Counted from the first letter of the stretch, positions 1-15,069 are shown. The stretch: DNA of 64,000 bases from Lytechinus pictus (GCF_037042905.1 NC_087245.1:27282001-27346000), one strand, 5' to 3'. Numbers and translations: made by a program. The notes: generated from the sequence alone by a model not told the origin.

Positions 1-199
1 TCAAAGTGTTCAATTTTTGGGATAGAATTTTGTAATTTCATTTATCAGGTAATAAAACTGAGTTTGGTAAATCTAAAAAAGGACACTAAAAATATGAACA
101 CTTGGAGATGCTCACTAAGATGAGGAAAAAACATGAAAGGAACTGGAACTTAAGTGGATGTTATAGCATGCCTTTTGAAGATCTCCAAGCACCTGGAAT

Positions 200-440
200 C
201 ATAGGCGGTGGAAGTGGGGGGGGGGGCGTATCCCACTAAATTTTAGGTGGGGAGGGGACGACCCCCCCCCCTCAATTTTTTGTTGATAACCTTTTTTTTT
301 TTTTTTTTTTGGCTTGTCAATTTTCACTTTTGTTTCCTGTGTCCCCCCCCCCCTAAGATTTTTGGTCACTATTTTTTTTTTTTTTTTGTCAAAAAGTTTT
401 GGCGGTTCCCCCCTAAAATTTTTGGCTTCCGCCGCCAATG
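200..440. mobile_element. hAT-like MITE (mirror copy at 5956-6197)
   Basis: TIRs cataggcggtggaag / cttccgccgccaatg; 8-bp near-TSD cctggaat / ccaggaat; poly-G/C subterminal runs. Confidence 0.75.
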
Positions 441-1180
441 CCAGGAATGATGATGTTCAACTGAGAGTCGCTGAAGTGGAACTTGTTGCAGAGAATGATT
501 ATTCCAGGACAAGTTAGATGATATTACCCAGCCCATACATCACAACAATGGAAGGGAGACAATATACCCCTGTACTACGTGAAGTATCATATTATCTTCA
601 GGTTGGTTTGGAAAGTAATAATAGTCCTCTAGTCAATATTAACGTCTGTCCAACATAATGGTACTATCGAGCAATTTGGGGGTTCAATCACAAACAGCAA
701 AAGTTTAGTAAATTGACACTAGTAAGATAATTAAACAAATATAATACAGCCAAACTGTCTGACCCCTTACTTGACTACTGACTTAACTACTTATTAAAAA
801 ATGACAAGTGATGCTTAGGCCCTTTGTAACCATTGTATTGGGCAGACTTTGAAGCAGATGACTAGAATTCATACTTTCATGAAGATGAAGGAAGATCAAA
901 AGAATTATTACAATTTAGCAAATATGAAATTAGAACACTGTCATGGTTATAAAAAATAATGAATTTCTATCCAGTAAAATGACAATACAATGTAAGAAAT
1001 AATTGCAATCAAGTAATTTCATTTGCAAAAGATATTTTCCATAATTTAATAACCAAATTTCTCAAGATAATATTCTTCTGCACAGAAGTGTATGACACGC
1101 TCAGTGTAAATCATGCTGTTTATAAATCTCTAGGAAACCTTTTTTTTCAAAATGAAAATACATGTAAACTTAATAAAAAC

Positions 1181-1390
1181 CAGGGGTGGATCCAGGATTT
1201 ATCCTGGGGGGGGGGGGGGCACATTTTCATGATGAAAATTTGTCAAGCAAAAAAAGGGCCTTGCTTTCCGGGGGGGGGGGGGGGGGCATACTTTGGTGAA
1301 AATGGCATATTTTCATTACAAATCTCGACTGAGGCTCTCTAAGGGGGGGCTGGGGTGAGCCAGATGTGCCCTCCCCCAGATCCACCAGTG
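1181..1390. mobile_element. hAT-like MITE (mirror copy at 5030-5225)
   Basis: TIRs caggggtggatcc / agatccaccagtg; 8-bp near-TSD ataaaaac / ataaaaat. Confidence 0.75.
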
Positions 1391-2319
1391 ATAAAAATCA
1401 ACATTTGTGAAAGATGGCATACGTACCTTATACTGAATTGGTAAATTCAATGCATATGTCTACAAAATGAAACTGACATGTTTGAATAAATTGCTTATTT
1501 TTGTTTCTAGAAAGAATTCATTAACAGCTTAGAGTTATTGAGAAAACATCAGGCAAACATAACATTCTGATATGCAATAACTAAATCTGTTTTAAATATG
1601 CTTTGTTTATGTCAAAGGCTTTATCGAAATAAGATTATGCTATAATTTATAAATTACTGCATTTTGGAGCCCATTATAATTCAAAATGAATCATATAGGG
1701 CAGTGCCACACCTTATTCACTAAAATAAAGGAGGGGTGCAGCTGAAAAATCTCATCAGCAGGGGCAATAATTTTCACCGCCATTTCAATAGTACTATTAG
1801 ATATCATGAAAACACATAATTAAAATAAAATTAACTTTCTCTCAGGAAGTGCCCCTGTATACTATTACAGCCCTTGACCAGTATATTCTCTCAAGAGGTT
1901 CAATAATTCCTTCCCTTCCCTTAATTGTAGAGTCGGTTCGGGTGCGAATGTGTCTGAAAAAAATGATAAGCCAAAAAAAAAAGATCATTAGTAAAAATTG
2001 TAGAGTGAACAGAACATATCATTAAAAAAAAATGACAAGCAAAAACAAAGATTGATCTGGCATTGGAAAATAAAAGGAAATTAATGAACACCACTTCAAC
2101 ATTTTTTGTTGTTTGCTTCTCCTGCTTACAACTTTATAACTTTACCTGATACACCATATATATGGACCTTTCAAAACTTTTGGCTCCATTATCATGACTT
2201 TGCCACTGTTCAAGTATTATTTATTTGAAACCAATGCTAAGACTATAAGGTGAAATGAAATTATATAAAGAAAAAAAAAAATTCACAAAGTATAAAATCA
2301 TAATGATGTAGGTCATGTT

Positions 2320-2790
2320 GAAATTAGACCCTGGACTGGACTCAAAATTAGATCAAGTGTAGTGTAGACCAAATGTAAATTACACAAAGTGTAGACCAAA
2401 TGGCAATTAAAAAAAATTAGACCAACTGGACATTTCGCAAAATGAGGATTAGACCAAGTGTAGACCAAATGGGTTTAGCCCATTTGGCATTAGACTAAAT
2501 GAGAAGTGGGCAAACTGCATGTAGACCAAACGAATATATACATATTTCACACTGTGGAACTGCATGATATAAAGCCAATTTTATGTACCGGTATTTGACA
2601 AAGTAAAAAAATTGTAATTATGTAGGTTATGCTGAAATTAGACCAACTGGACATTTCGCTAAATGAGAATTAGACCAAGTGTAGTGTAGACCAAATGGCA
2701 ATTCAGTAGACCAAATGGGTTTAGCCCATTTGGCATTAGACTAAATGACAAGTGGGCAAACTGCATGTAGACCAAATGAACATACACCAT
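2320..2790 (+). repeat. Degenerate tandem array of tagaccaaat(gg) units with ~220-bp higher-order duplication (mirror ~3525-4085)
   Basis: Many tagaccaaat/tagaccaagt units; aaattagaccaactggacatttcgc recurs at ~2415 and ~2635. Confidence 0.85.
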
Positions 2791-5029
2791 GTACACATAT
2801 TTCACACTTGGGACTGATAAAGAGAGCCGTAGCAGACGACGGAGATGCGTACATGATCTGCGTCCGCAAATAACGTGCACGCATGTATGTACTAACATGA
2901 AAAACAGCATATGGGACGATCTTACAAAAAATTGCACATGCGGGGCTATTGGAGAGTCACAGCAGATGACGGCTAGCAGACGCCGATGGGCGCGCGCATT
3001 TAGCGAGCACATCGTGATCGTTTTAACTATCGATAGTACGTACAGTGTATTAAAAAGGTACCGCGATGTCTATGGTAGGCAGGACAACAAGAATTTCAAA
3101 ATGTGTTTGTTGTCCCAAGAATGATATCAAAATATTCCTTAATATCTAATTTATCATGTGAAACCACTTAAAACTTACGTAAAATTCATTTAAACTGTAA
3201 AAAAAAACAAATTCATAGCACCAACATGGTCCGAAAAAGCCATAGACATCGCGGTACCTTTTTAATACACTGTTCGTACTATCGATAGTTAAAACGATCA
3301 CGATGTGCTCGCTAAATGCGCGCGCCCATCGGCGTCTGCTAGCCGTCATCTGCTGTGACTCTCCAATAGCCCCGCATGTGCAATTTTTTGTAAGATCGTC
3401 CCATATGCTGTTTTTCATGTTAGTACATACATGCGTGCACGTTATTTGCGGACGCAGATCATGTACGCATCTCCGTCGTCTGCTACGGCTCTCTTTATCA
3501 GTCCCAAGTGTGAAATATGTGTACATGGTGTATGTTCATTTGGTCTACATGCAGTTTGCCCACTTGTCATTTAGTCTAATGCCAAATGGGCTAAACCCAT
3601 TTGGTCTACTGAATTGCCATTTGGTCTACACTACACTTGGTCTAATTCTCATTTAGCGAAATGTCCAGTTGGTCTAATTTCAGCATAACCTACATAATTA
3701 CAATTTTTTTACTTTGTCAAATACCGGTACATAAAATTGGCTTTATATCATGCAGTTCCACAGTGTGAAATATGTATATATTCGTTTGGTCTACATGCAG
3801 TTTGCCCACTTCTCATTTAGTCTAATGCCAAATGGGCTAAACCCATTTGGTCTACACTTGGTCTAATCCTCATTTTGCGAAATGTCCAGTTGGTCTAATT
3901 TCAGCATGACCTACTTAATTATATTTTTTTTACTTATATATATTTTTTTAGTCTTTATACCAAATGGGCTTGACCATTTGGTCTATAAATTTTTTTTAAT
4001 TGCCATTTGGTCTACACTTTGTGTAATTTACATTTGGTCTACACTACACTTGATCTAATTTTGAGTCCAGTCCAGGGTCTAATTTCAACATGACCTACAT
4101 CATTATGATTTTATACTTTGTGAAATTTTTTTTTTTCTTTATATAATTTCATTTCACCTTATAGTCTTAGCATTGGTTTCAAATAAATAATACTTGGACA
4201 GTGGCAAAGTCATGATAATGGAGCCAAAAGTTTTGAAAGGTCCATATATATGGTGTATCAGGTAAAGTTATAAAGTTGTAAGCAGGAGAAGCAAACAACA
4301 AAAAATGTTGAAGCGGGGGGGGGGCGGTGTTCATTAATTTCCTTTTATTTTCCAATGCCAGATCAATCTTTGTTTTTGCTTGTCATTTTTTTTTAATGAT
4401 ATGTTCTGTTCACTCTACAATTTTTACTAATGATCTTTTTTTTTGGCTTATCATTTTTTTCAGACACATTCGCACCCGAACCGACTCTACAATTAAGGGA
4501 AGAGAAGGAATTATTGAACCTCTTGAGAGAATATACTGGTCAAGGGCTGTAATAGTATACAGGGGCACTTCCTGAGAGAAAGTTAATTTTATTTTAATTA
4601 TGTGTTTTCAGGATTTCTAATAGTACTATTGAAATGGCGGTGAAAATTATTGCCCCTGCTGATGAGATTTTTCAGCTGCACCCTTCCTTTATTTTAGTGA
4701 ATAAGGTGTGGCACTACCCTATATGATTCATTTTGAATTTTAATGGGCTCCAAAATGCAGTAATTTATAAATTATAGCATAATCTTATTTCGATAAAGCC
4801 TTTGACATAAACAAAGCATATTTAAAACAGATTTAGTTATTGCATATCAGAATGTTATGTTTGCCTGATGTTTACTCAATAACTCTAAGCTGTTATTAAT
4901 GAATTCTTTCTAGAAACAAAAATAAGCAATTTATTCAAACATGTCAGTTTCATTTTGTAGACATATGCATTGAATTTACCAATTCAGTATAAGGTACGTA
5001 TGCCATCTTTCACAAATGTTGATTTTTAT

Positions 5030-5225
5030 CACTGGTGGATCTGGGGGAGGGCACATCTGGCTCACCCCCCCCCCCTTAGAGAGCCTCAGTCGAGATTTGT
5101 AATGAAAATATGCCATTTTCACCAAAGTATGCCCCCCCCCGGAAAGCAAGGCCCTTTTTTTGCTTGACAAATTTTCATCATGAAAATGTGCCCCCCCCCC
5201 AGGATAAATCCCGGATCCACCCCTG
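5030..5225. mobile_element. hAT-like MITE, mirror of 1181-1390
   Basis: cactggtggatct ... ggatccacccctg with the same flanks reverse-complemented. Confidence 0.75.
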
Positions 5226-5955
5226 GTTTTCATTAAGTTTACATGTATTTTCATTTTGAAAAAAAAGGTTTCCTAGAGATTTATAAACAGCATGATTTAC
5301 ACTGAGCGTGTCATACACTTCTGTGCAGAAGAATATTATCTTGAGAAATTTGGTTATTAAATTATGGAAAATATCTTTTGCAAATGAAATTACTTGATTG
5401 CAATTATTTCTTACATTGTATTGTCATTTTACTTGATAGAAATTCATTATTTTTTATAACCATGACAGTGTTCTAATTTCATATTTGCTAAATTGTAATA
5501 ATTCTTTTGATCTTCATGAAAGTATGAATTCTAGTCATCTGCTTCAAAGTCTGCCCAATACAATGGTTACAAAGGGCCTAAGCATCACTTGTCATTTTTT
5601 AATAAGTAGTTAAGTCAGTAGTCAAGTAAGGGGTCAGACAGTTTGGCTGTATTATATTTGTTTAATTATCTTACTAGTGTCAATTTACTAAACTTTTGCT
5701 GTTTGTGATTGAACCCCCAAATTGCTCGATAGTACCATTATGTTGGACAGACGTTAATATTGACTAGAGGACTATTATTACTTTCCAAACCAACCTGAAG
5801 ATAATATGATACTTCACGTAGTACAGGGGTATATTGTCTCCCTTCCATTGTTGTGATGTATGGGCTGGGTAATATCATCTAACTTGTCCTGGAATAATCA
5901 TTCTCTGCAACAAGTTCCACTTCAGCGACTCTCAGTTGAACATCATCATTCCTGG

Positions 5956-6197
5956 CATTGGCGGCGGAAGCCAAAAATTTTAGGGGGGAACCGCCAAAAC
6001 TTTTTGACAAAAAAAAAAAAAAAATAGTGACCAAAAATCTTAGGGGGGGGGGGACACAGGAAACAAAAGTGAAAATTGACAAGCCAAAAAAAAAAAAAAA
6101 AAAAGGTTATCAACAAAAAATTGAGGGGGGGGGGTCGTCCCCTCCCCACCTAAAATTTAGTGGGATACGCCCCCCCCCCCCACTTCCACCGCCTATG
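5956..6197. mobile_element. hAT-like MITE, mirror of 200-440
   Basis: cattggcggcggaag ... cttccaccgcctatg, flanked by attcctgg / attccagg. Confidence 0.75.
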
Positions 6198-7419
6198 ATT
6201 CCAGGTGCTTGGAGATCTTCGAAAGGCATGCTATAACATCCACTTAAGTTCCAGTTCCTTTCATGTTTTTTCCTCATCTTAGTGAGCATCTCCAAGTGTT
6301 CATATTTTTAGTGTCCTTTTTTAGATTTACCAAACTCAGTTTTATTACCTGATAAATGAAATTATAAAATTCTATCCCAAAAATTGAACACTTTGATCAA
6401 ATTTGGTTACTTAAACTTAATGTTAAATAAACTGAAAATATGTAATAAAAGGCAAAATAATGATAATGATGAAAAAAATACCGGTAATAAAAACAAAAGT
6501 TACTCAAATTCACTCAAAACCATACACTTATCTACTCTCCTCAAAAATCAGTTCTCACTTTTAGGTATTGATCATTCATTCAGTCAATTAAATAATAAAA
6601 AGAGACAGGAGATCCTCATCAAAATAAACACAAACACAGTGTCTCACACACACACTACACATTAATAGTAAAATCAGTTTGTATCTTTCGTGGGATTTGT
6701 TTTTATGTAAATCTGGATTCTTCTTGGTAGTAGGGCCTTAGGTCGCTCTGACTTGAACTTGAAACTTCCAATCTCAAGAAGGCAAGATATATCTCGGGAG
6801 ATAGTCATCATCAAGATGTTTAGGAGTTCAACCTGGTGGTGAGGTTATTCATGATGGCATCTGGTATTCTGGCAGAAAGAATCAGAAATATAAAATGCAT
6901 AAATACAATTGTTTATTTTTTTCAATACAAATTAAATTACCTGAGTCATTCAAGATAGTGGGTATTTTTTTTTGGGGGGGGGGGGTGATGGCATGACAAG
7001 TTTTTAGTCAAAAGTATTTTTATCTTCATTTATCTTTTTTTTCCCACTTTGTATTACCATTTATTCAAAAATTGCAATAAACATATCAATAAATGAGTTT
7101 TTAATCTAGTTGGCAAAAGAAAAACCAGTGCAAAAGTAAAGCCAGTATTGGCAGTAAAACACTGACACCACGGCACTGACACTGACAGTGAATGTTCATT
7201 TTCCAGTGCATGCACATCACTGCCCCATCATCTTCACTCGTTTTCAGAAAATATTTAGTTATTTCTCAAATATGACCATGATTATCTTATTCATGTCATT
7301 ACTCTGGTGTTTATTCATGATTTTAAATTCAGGAAATCATTCAGCAAACGAAGAAAACAAAGCATTTCTTGACTGTGATTCCGTGTGATTCAAGTTCAAT
7401 TTCATTTCTGTGTGTATCA

Positions 7420-8180
7420 CAGGTACGCACGTACGTGACGTAATCTTAATCTCTATTATGATGTAAATTAATCATCCCGCGCGCGATTAAAATGGCTCGA
7501 AATTCGACCAAATTCAAGGGCAGCTCAGCTTGCAAACCTCACTGAGAAGGGCTTCCCCAGCCCTTGCGATTCCCCGCGCTGCAATTTCACTGCAATACAC
7601 AGAAAGGAAATCAACTCAAGTTTCACAATCAACGGAAAATCCGGAACCCTTCGAGACCCATTTTACAAGAAATACAACTAAATAAGGTAAGAATTGAAAG
7701 CAACTCAAGACATTTTCGACTTACCGACACTTTCATGTTTATTTTCGGAAGATTTCATGGAATTTGGGGCACGAAAATGACATCGGTAGCTCGCGAAAGT
7801 CCTGTGCAATATGATGACATATTTTTCATCGCACGGGAGGACAAGCACAAAGAGAAAATATCATGTTCATCCGCGATAACAGGGGCTTAATTTTGACGAT
7901 ATCGCATCGCTATGCGATTGCAATGATTGACATGCGAACGAAGCTTGCGTACAAATTTTGAGCACTTCCGCGACAGCGCCATCTAGTGACTACGGCCGTG
8001 CCTAGTCATGGCATGGGATAAAACTTCATTTCTGACATTACTACGCTCTCGTTGTTATTTTGAAACAAGAATTCATAAAAAAAATGAGAAAAATATTGTG
8101 AAAAGACGGAAGAGACTTGCCCGATGTTTACGCCGCCATCTTGTTTCTTAATCTTATTGTACTTCCCCAACGTTACGGAG
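7420..8180. promoter_or_regulatory. CpG-enriched, probably bidirectional promoter region upstream of SEC61B
   Basis: CpG density clearly above flanks; ETS-like cacttccg (7963-7970), CTCF-like cagcgccatctagtg (7974-7988), YY1-like cgccgccatcttg (8131-8143); splice donors on both strands (aag/gtaaga 7686+, tcg/gtaagt 7725-). Confidence 0.5.
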
Positions 8181-9951
8181 TCAAGATTTTAGCATGAAAT
8201 TTATACATAAATACCAGGGAATTGAATGATATCAAGATCTGTTTGAACAAAATAGAAAACAATAATAAGTCTTTGTTCACATAAATTAATTCATGGTTCA
8301 GTTTAGGCCTACTGCATATCAATAAATACATTTTTAAAAATCAAACTGCATCTTGTTTCACGTGTAATTATTTCATCGTTCTCATACATGAACAATCATT
8401 TCTATTGTCCTTTAAAACAGTATTATCAAAATAAAAAAAATTGAATTGTTATCAAAATTATGATTATAATTCGCAGTCTGTGTGAACTGATCAAATAATA
8501 AGGAGAGATCATATATCTGTCACTCCTTTTAGTTGAAATTAGTCATAACTTTCTTTGACTTTATCAGTTTGATGTTTAGCTTTGCACACACTGATTTAAA
8601 TAATTTTGCTTATCTCGCATATATACATGATTCAATTTAATTATAACAAAGGCAAAGTTTATCTGCATTTGTTTATAATTCTATTTATAAACAGTAACAA
8701 CTGATGACTACGGGTTAATGATAATTCCTTTTGCCAGCAACGAAATATACATTTTGCATCTATAAATGTAAAGCAATTATCAAATACTTTTCTTAACATA
8801 AAACAATGAAAGTAAACTTTCATTGGAATGTTAACAACTCAAAATTTCCCCCAAATTGCGAAGGCTGACACAAGCATCCGAATCCTAAACCTTTCAAAAT
8901 TGAGTGCGATACGTCAACGTTGTACCAATGCACAGAGAACTGCGCTTAGCGTACTTAATTTGCATAGCAAATAAACATGTTTAATCTTATACGGTATCCT
9001 AAATCAATGATGGGAAATAAATTCAAATAAGTGATTAAATGTTTCCAATATTGGTATTAAACTTTAAGCAATCTTTTCGCTGGGCGAAACAATAGTCACT
9101 AGATAAGATGAAAATGTTCTTTGAAATTCCATTTCTACCCTCATTCTCAACGTACATTTTCATTATTTTTCATGTGAGTGTGGTAATATCATTTAATTTG
9201 TATATAAGAATAGGAAGGCCTTTCATTACTGTTGAGTGTTCAAAAAAGGAAATTGAATTTTCACATGACATAACTTGTACATGTGCTTGTATTTTTAATA
9301 ATGAAAAGGTTCGCGCCTACAACCACAAAACAACACAGACACGAGGGCTGCTCAGGTTTCTTGTTTTCTTTAATTCGGTGTTGCCAAAAAACAAAACAGC
9401 TACGGTCAGAACACTAATTCATAATTTTCTTCAGCATCTTCAGCTACTGTATAATGAACATAAACATTATACTCAATGGAAGGGAAGTCCTTGCAGAAGT
9501 CTTCTAGTCCTACACTTCAGATTCAAACCTCTGCAGGCATCCTTCTCTAACAACATACGGTCTCATGAATACGCTGTTGATACTAGTGTCATGAGTCACT
9601 GGGCACTCTCCCTAGCTAATAACAAAATAAGTGCAATGGTGCACATCCAGATTCCAAGTACAAAGCAATCCCTAAAGGGGGTACCTGAATTAAGCATTAG
9701 TGATACCCCTAAAAAGGCCGGAAATAATTGACCATTGAACAAAGAGGAGGAAGCAGAGTTTCTAAACAATTGGCTAAGGGCAGAGAGGGAAAAGAGTACT
9801 AAGACAAAGTTTGCAAGTAGAGACGGAGACATAAGCATACACCATCTATAGACATACGTATGAAATGTAAATGCAAATACAACAGGTATACATTTAAATG
9901 GAATTAAATATTTAAAAATTGCTTTATTTTAACTAGATAACTAGATAAAAT

Positions 9952-11779
<1,828 letters not shown>

Positions 11780-12496
11780 AATGGACTCTCCCACATTTAA
11801 ATGGATCTCATAGCTGTATGGAGAGGGATGGATTGCAAGAACTGTTGAAAGCAGGGGGAATGCATGTGCTGAGGGACAGGATACTCCACCTTAATTCTGA
11901 ATCATGTGTGAAAATAGGCCATGATGGGTTAACCCATCGATGGTCGAGGAGAAAGTCCTCAGAAAGGTCACAAATTGTTTTATCAGCCAGTCACCTAATG
12001 TCCCATCTTCAAACGCCCAGAATTTCCGAGGGATCTTACAAAAAATAAATTCTCTGCCAATTGCCGTGTAACTTCTACATTTTCTTCCTCCTATCGATTC
12101 TAATCATGGTGGAGACCGATAGCAATTTCAGCAAAAAATGTGTATTTTGTCCTGTTTGCTTAATAATTTTGATGCATGTATTCCTGTGGATTTTAAAGAA
12201 CTAAGTTCCATCTCAAACATCTATACAAATTTATCTGTTTTTTCTCTTTCTTTTAGTATATATTTTTGATGTAATTAGTTTCATTGCTGGATAGATAATG
12301 TGGCATGTTTCTAATTTATTTTCTCCACACTCTTGCATTGTCTGATTTTGTATACCGGTAGACCGTGTCAGTTCATACATTCCCTAAGAGTAACAATTGA
12401 TCATTATTGTAGGTATAGGTAAAACTTATTTTATTCATTGTAGTGTAGAGCTGTTTGAAAAAGTAATTTGTTGATGGATTTTGGATTTTAAAGATT

Positions 12497-12502
12497 AATA
12501 AA
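12497..12502 (+). terminator. Candidate SEC61B polyadenylation signal AATAAA
   Basis: AATAAA after a T-rich 3'UTR-like stretch, followed by GT/T-rich sequence. Confidence 0.45.
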
Positions 12503-15069
12503 ATATCTGTGTAAGTTGTCTTCTACATCTACGTGTGTAAAGGTTACATTTTATTGATGTCTTATTTCTTCTGGTTGTTTCCATTCTGTAATTGTTTTCA
12601 TGATTGAATCCTTGAGTGCACTGAGTGTTGCTGAGAAAGTGGTTACTTGTGCTATAAAAGGATGTACAATATTAGTTCCGCTTTGTATCCTCTGCCAAAA
12701 AGCGCTGTATAAATCCAGTAATTATTATTATTACTTTGTACTTACCGTACACTGCAGATGCAGGATAATGATAAAACTAAGACATGTTGCCTGCTAACTT
12801 TATTACATGGTAAAAAAATTCTTCATACTTATAATTTATTATTTTAATTACTCTCCTAAATTTACTTTTGAATTTTCCTTCATAAGTAAGAAAAGAAGAG
12901 TTTTTGTCAACCCAAGCAAGAAGATTTGCATTATTAATTGGGAAAACTTGTAATTATTCAAATCATTTTATTACATGTATGTGAAATGAATTATGTTATG
13001 GTACCTTAAAAAAACCATGAATCTTATTTTCAGGGGGTTATTGATTCTTTGACCAAGTTTAATTATGTGCTTGACAGGACAAATGGGTAAGGATTCATGT
13101 CTTTCAATAGCAATGATGTATTGAGTCCATTTTGAAGGAGCTAGATATGACAGACTGAATAAAATGTATCAAAAAGTTGTGAGCGAGCAAGCAAAAATTT
13201 CCACTTTTTTATTAAAATATCACATTGGGTGATAGATTTTGACATATTCAGAAAACACATCATAGTTCATTTTCTATCGTTCCCTTTATTTCCTTTCCAC
13301 TTCTTTTTTTCTTCTTTTTTATTGAAGGGGGGGGGGGGGCACCCCGAGCCCCCGCCCATCTGCATGCCACTGTTCAAAGGCACCATAACCTTTGTAGCAC
13401 ACAATGAAAGGATTTGAAAAAAATACATGCTCTCCCATACTTCGGTTGAAAATTTTTTGTTTTTGCTTAGAAGGAATATTCAAAGCTAAAAGAGAACATA
13501 TTAAAAAGTAACAGGAACAGAACAATTCAAGCAAATAAACAAATTTGAAAATGAATTTTGACCCCATAATTCGAAAATTATGGCAAAGATAATGAAAAGG
13601 TTGAGAGGAAGTCTGCTGATTAGCAAGAAGTCCGATAATCATATTTATCATTTTATGCCATTTTGGCGCAAGCCTCCTTTTTAACCCCAGACAAAAACAT
13701 TCCGTGTCCGCTCAAGCATGAACAAAACTAATTTTTTTGTAGTGGCATTTGAAAGATAAGACTTCAGAGCACCTATAACACTAAAATATAGACATCATAA
13801 TTAGTAACAAAAATTTTATAGACTTCAAATCTGTCCCTTTTTTTATACGCACTATATAGTGCAGTTAGATGCTGTTACATGTACCAAGAAAAAAAAATTG
13901 AATACATTTATCTCAGAAGTTGTTTCTGTCCGCTCAAATCTTCTTGGGATGATGTAAATTGTGACAGTCTGGGGAGTGATTCATGAAGAGTTTTGTCGGG
14001 GATTTTCACTGACTTATTTGGTCTCGGCCAATCGGATGCAAGGATTTCTAGTAGCTTATAACATCTGCCAGTCAAGGCCACTGACAACAATCTACATGAA
14101 ATGCTCCCTAGTTCAAACAGAAAATGTAGGTGTTTTTTTTTATTGACACTAAATGCTACATATATATGATTACAATATATTTCAAAGACAAAACAAACTT
14201 CACTGATTCTCAAATGTTTAGTAAATACTTTGTTTTATTAAGATAATATCTTTATATTACACTTTTGACCATATACTATTTGTCATATAGTTTAAAAACA
14301 ATATATTCTACTTTCTACAGCATTATTAGTGTACTGCCCCTTTAAGCTTTCATGTTTCTCATAATTCAAATGTCTTTGAAATCCCCATTGAAATAAATAT
14401 CATGACTTAGTTTCAAAATAATTACACAACATTAGTAAAATTTCAGAAAATAATACCAATATCACAATAAGAGTATCTGCATGTTTAAAATTATCTCATG
14501 GGTAACTAATTCCTCCCCTTATAAGATAAAAGACAATAAAGCAAAATCAAATACAGAATTGAAAATTAAAACTAGATGTAACAGTGTAATCAGTTTTGAG
14601 TAAAATTGTGCTTTAGTTTTCCAGTATCCACTGTATATTGAAATAAACTCACCTAATAATCAAACATAAATTACAAAATAATGTTTTTTTTTTATAAAAA
14701 GGTTTTAAATATCAACATATCTATGAATGTAATTTCAACGATAAAATTTTACACTGAGATACCCTGTTAAGATCCGAATTACTCACATAGTTAGAATAAT
14801 GACATCACTACTAAGCATAAATTGATCTCACAATTAGCTTTCATAACACCCTTGCAGCAGATAACTAACTTCCTTCTTGTACTGCACTACAATCATACAT
14901 GTATGATAGACAATCTCTCGATATCAAACCAAATTGATCAACTCATTAATCTCAATTCCCATAGGATTAAGTACATTCATTTCATTGGCAGATCTAGACT
15001 GCGCCTTATGGATGCACGTCTGTATATATATTTTGAGAATCGCCAATTTTGCATCATTGTATACATATA

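Larger units (their letters stand above)
1..6396. repeat. Large inverted duplication (palindrome): left arm 1-3075, spacer 3076-3239, right arm 3240-6396; may extend beyond the window
   Basis: Window start tcaaagtgttcaatttttgggatag is the reverse complement of ctatcccaaaaattgaacactttga ending at 6396. Inner ends are gatgtctatgg (to 3075) and ccatagacatc (from 3240). ORF track gives identical mirror ORFs (2659-3012- = 3303-3656+; 314-517+ = 5879-6082-). Confidence 0.97.

Noticed and set aside
446..510. Possible C/D-box snoRNA (atgatga...ctga)
   Set aside because: No terminal D box with a closing stem at the expected spacing; the motif abuts a MITE TSD.
2320..2790. CRISPR-like repeat array
   Set aside because: Eukaryotic context, degenerate units, no unique equal-length spacers and no cas genes.
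2659..3656. 111-126 aa ORFs in the palindrome core
   Set aside because: Mirror duplicates on both strands with no recognisable domain; explained by local GC richness and symmetry.
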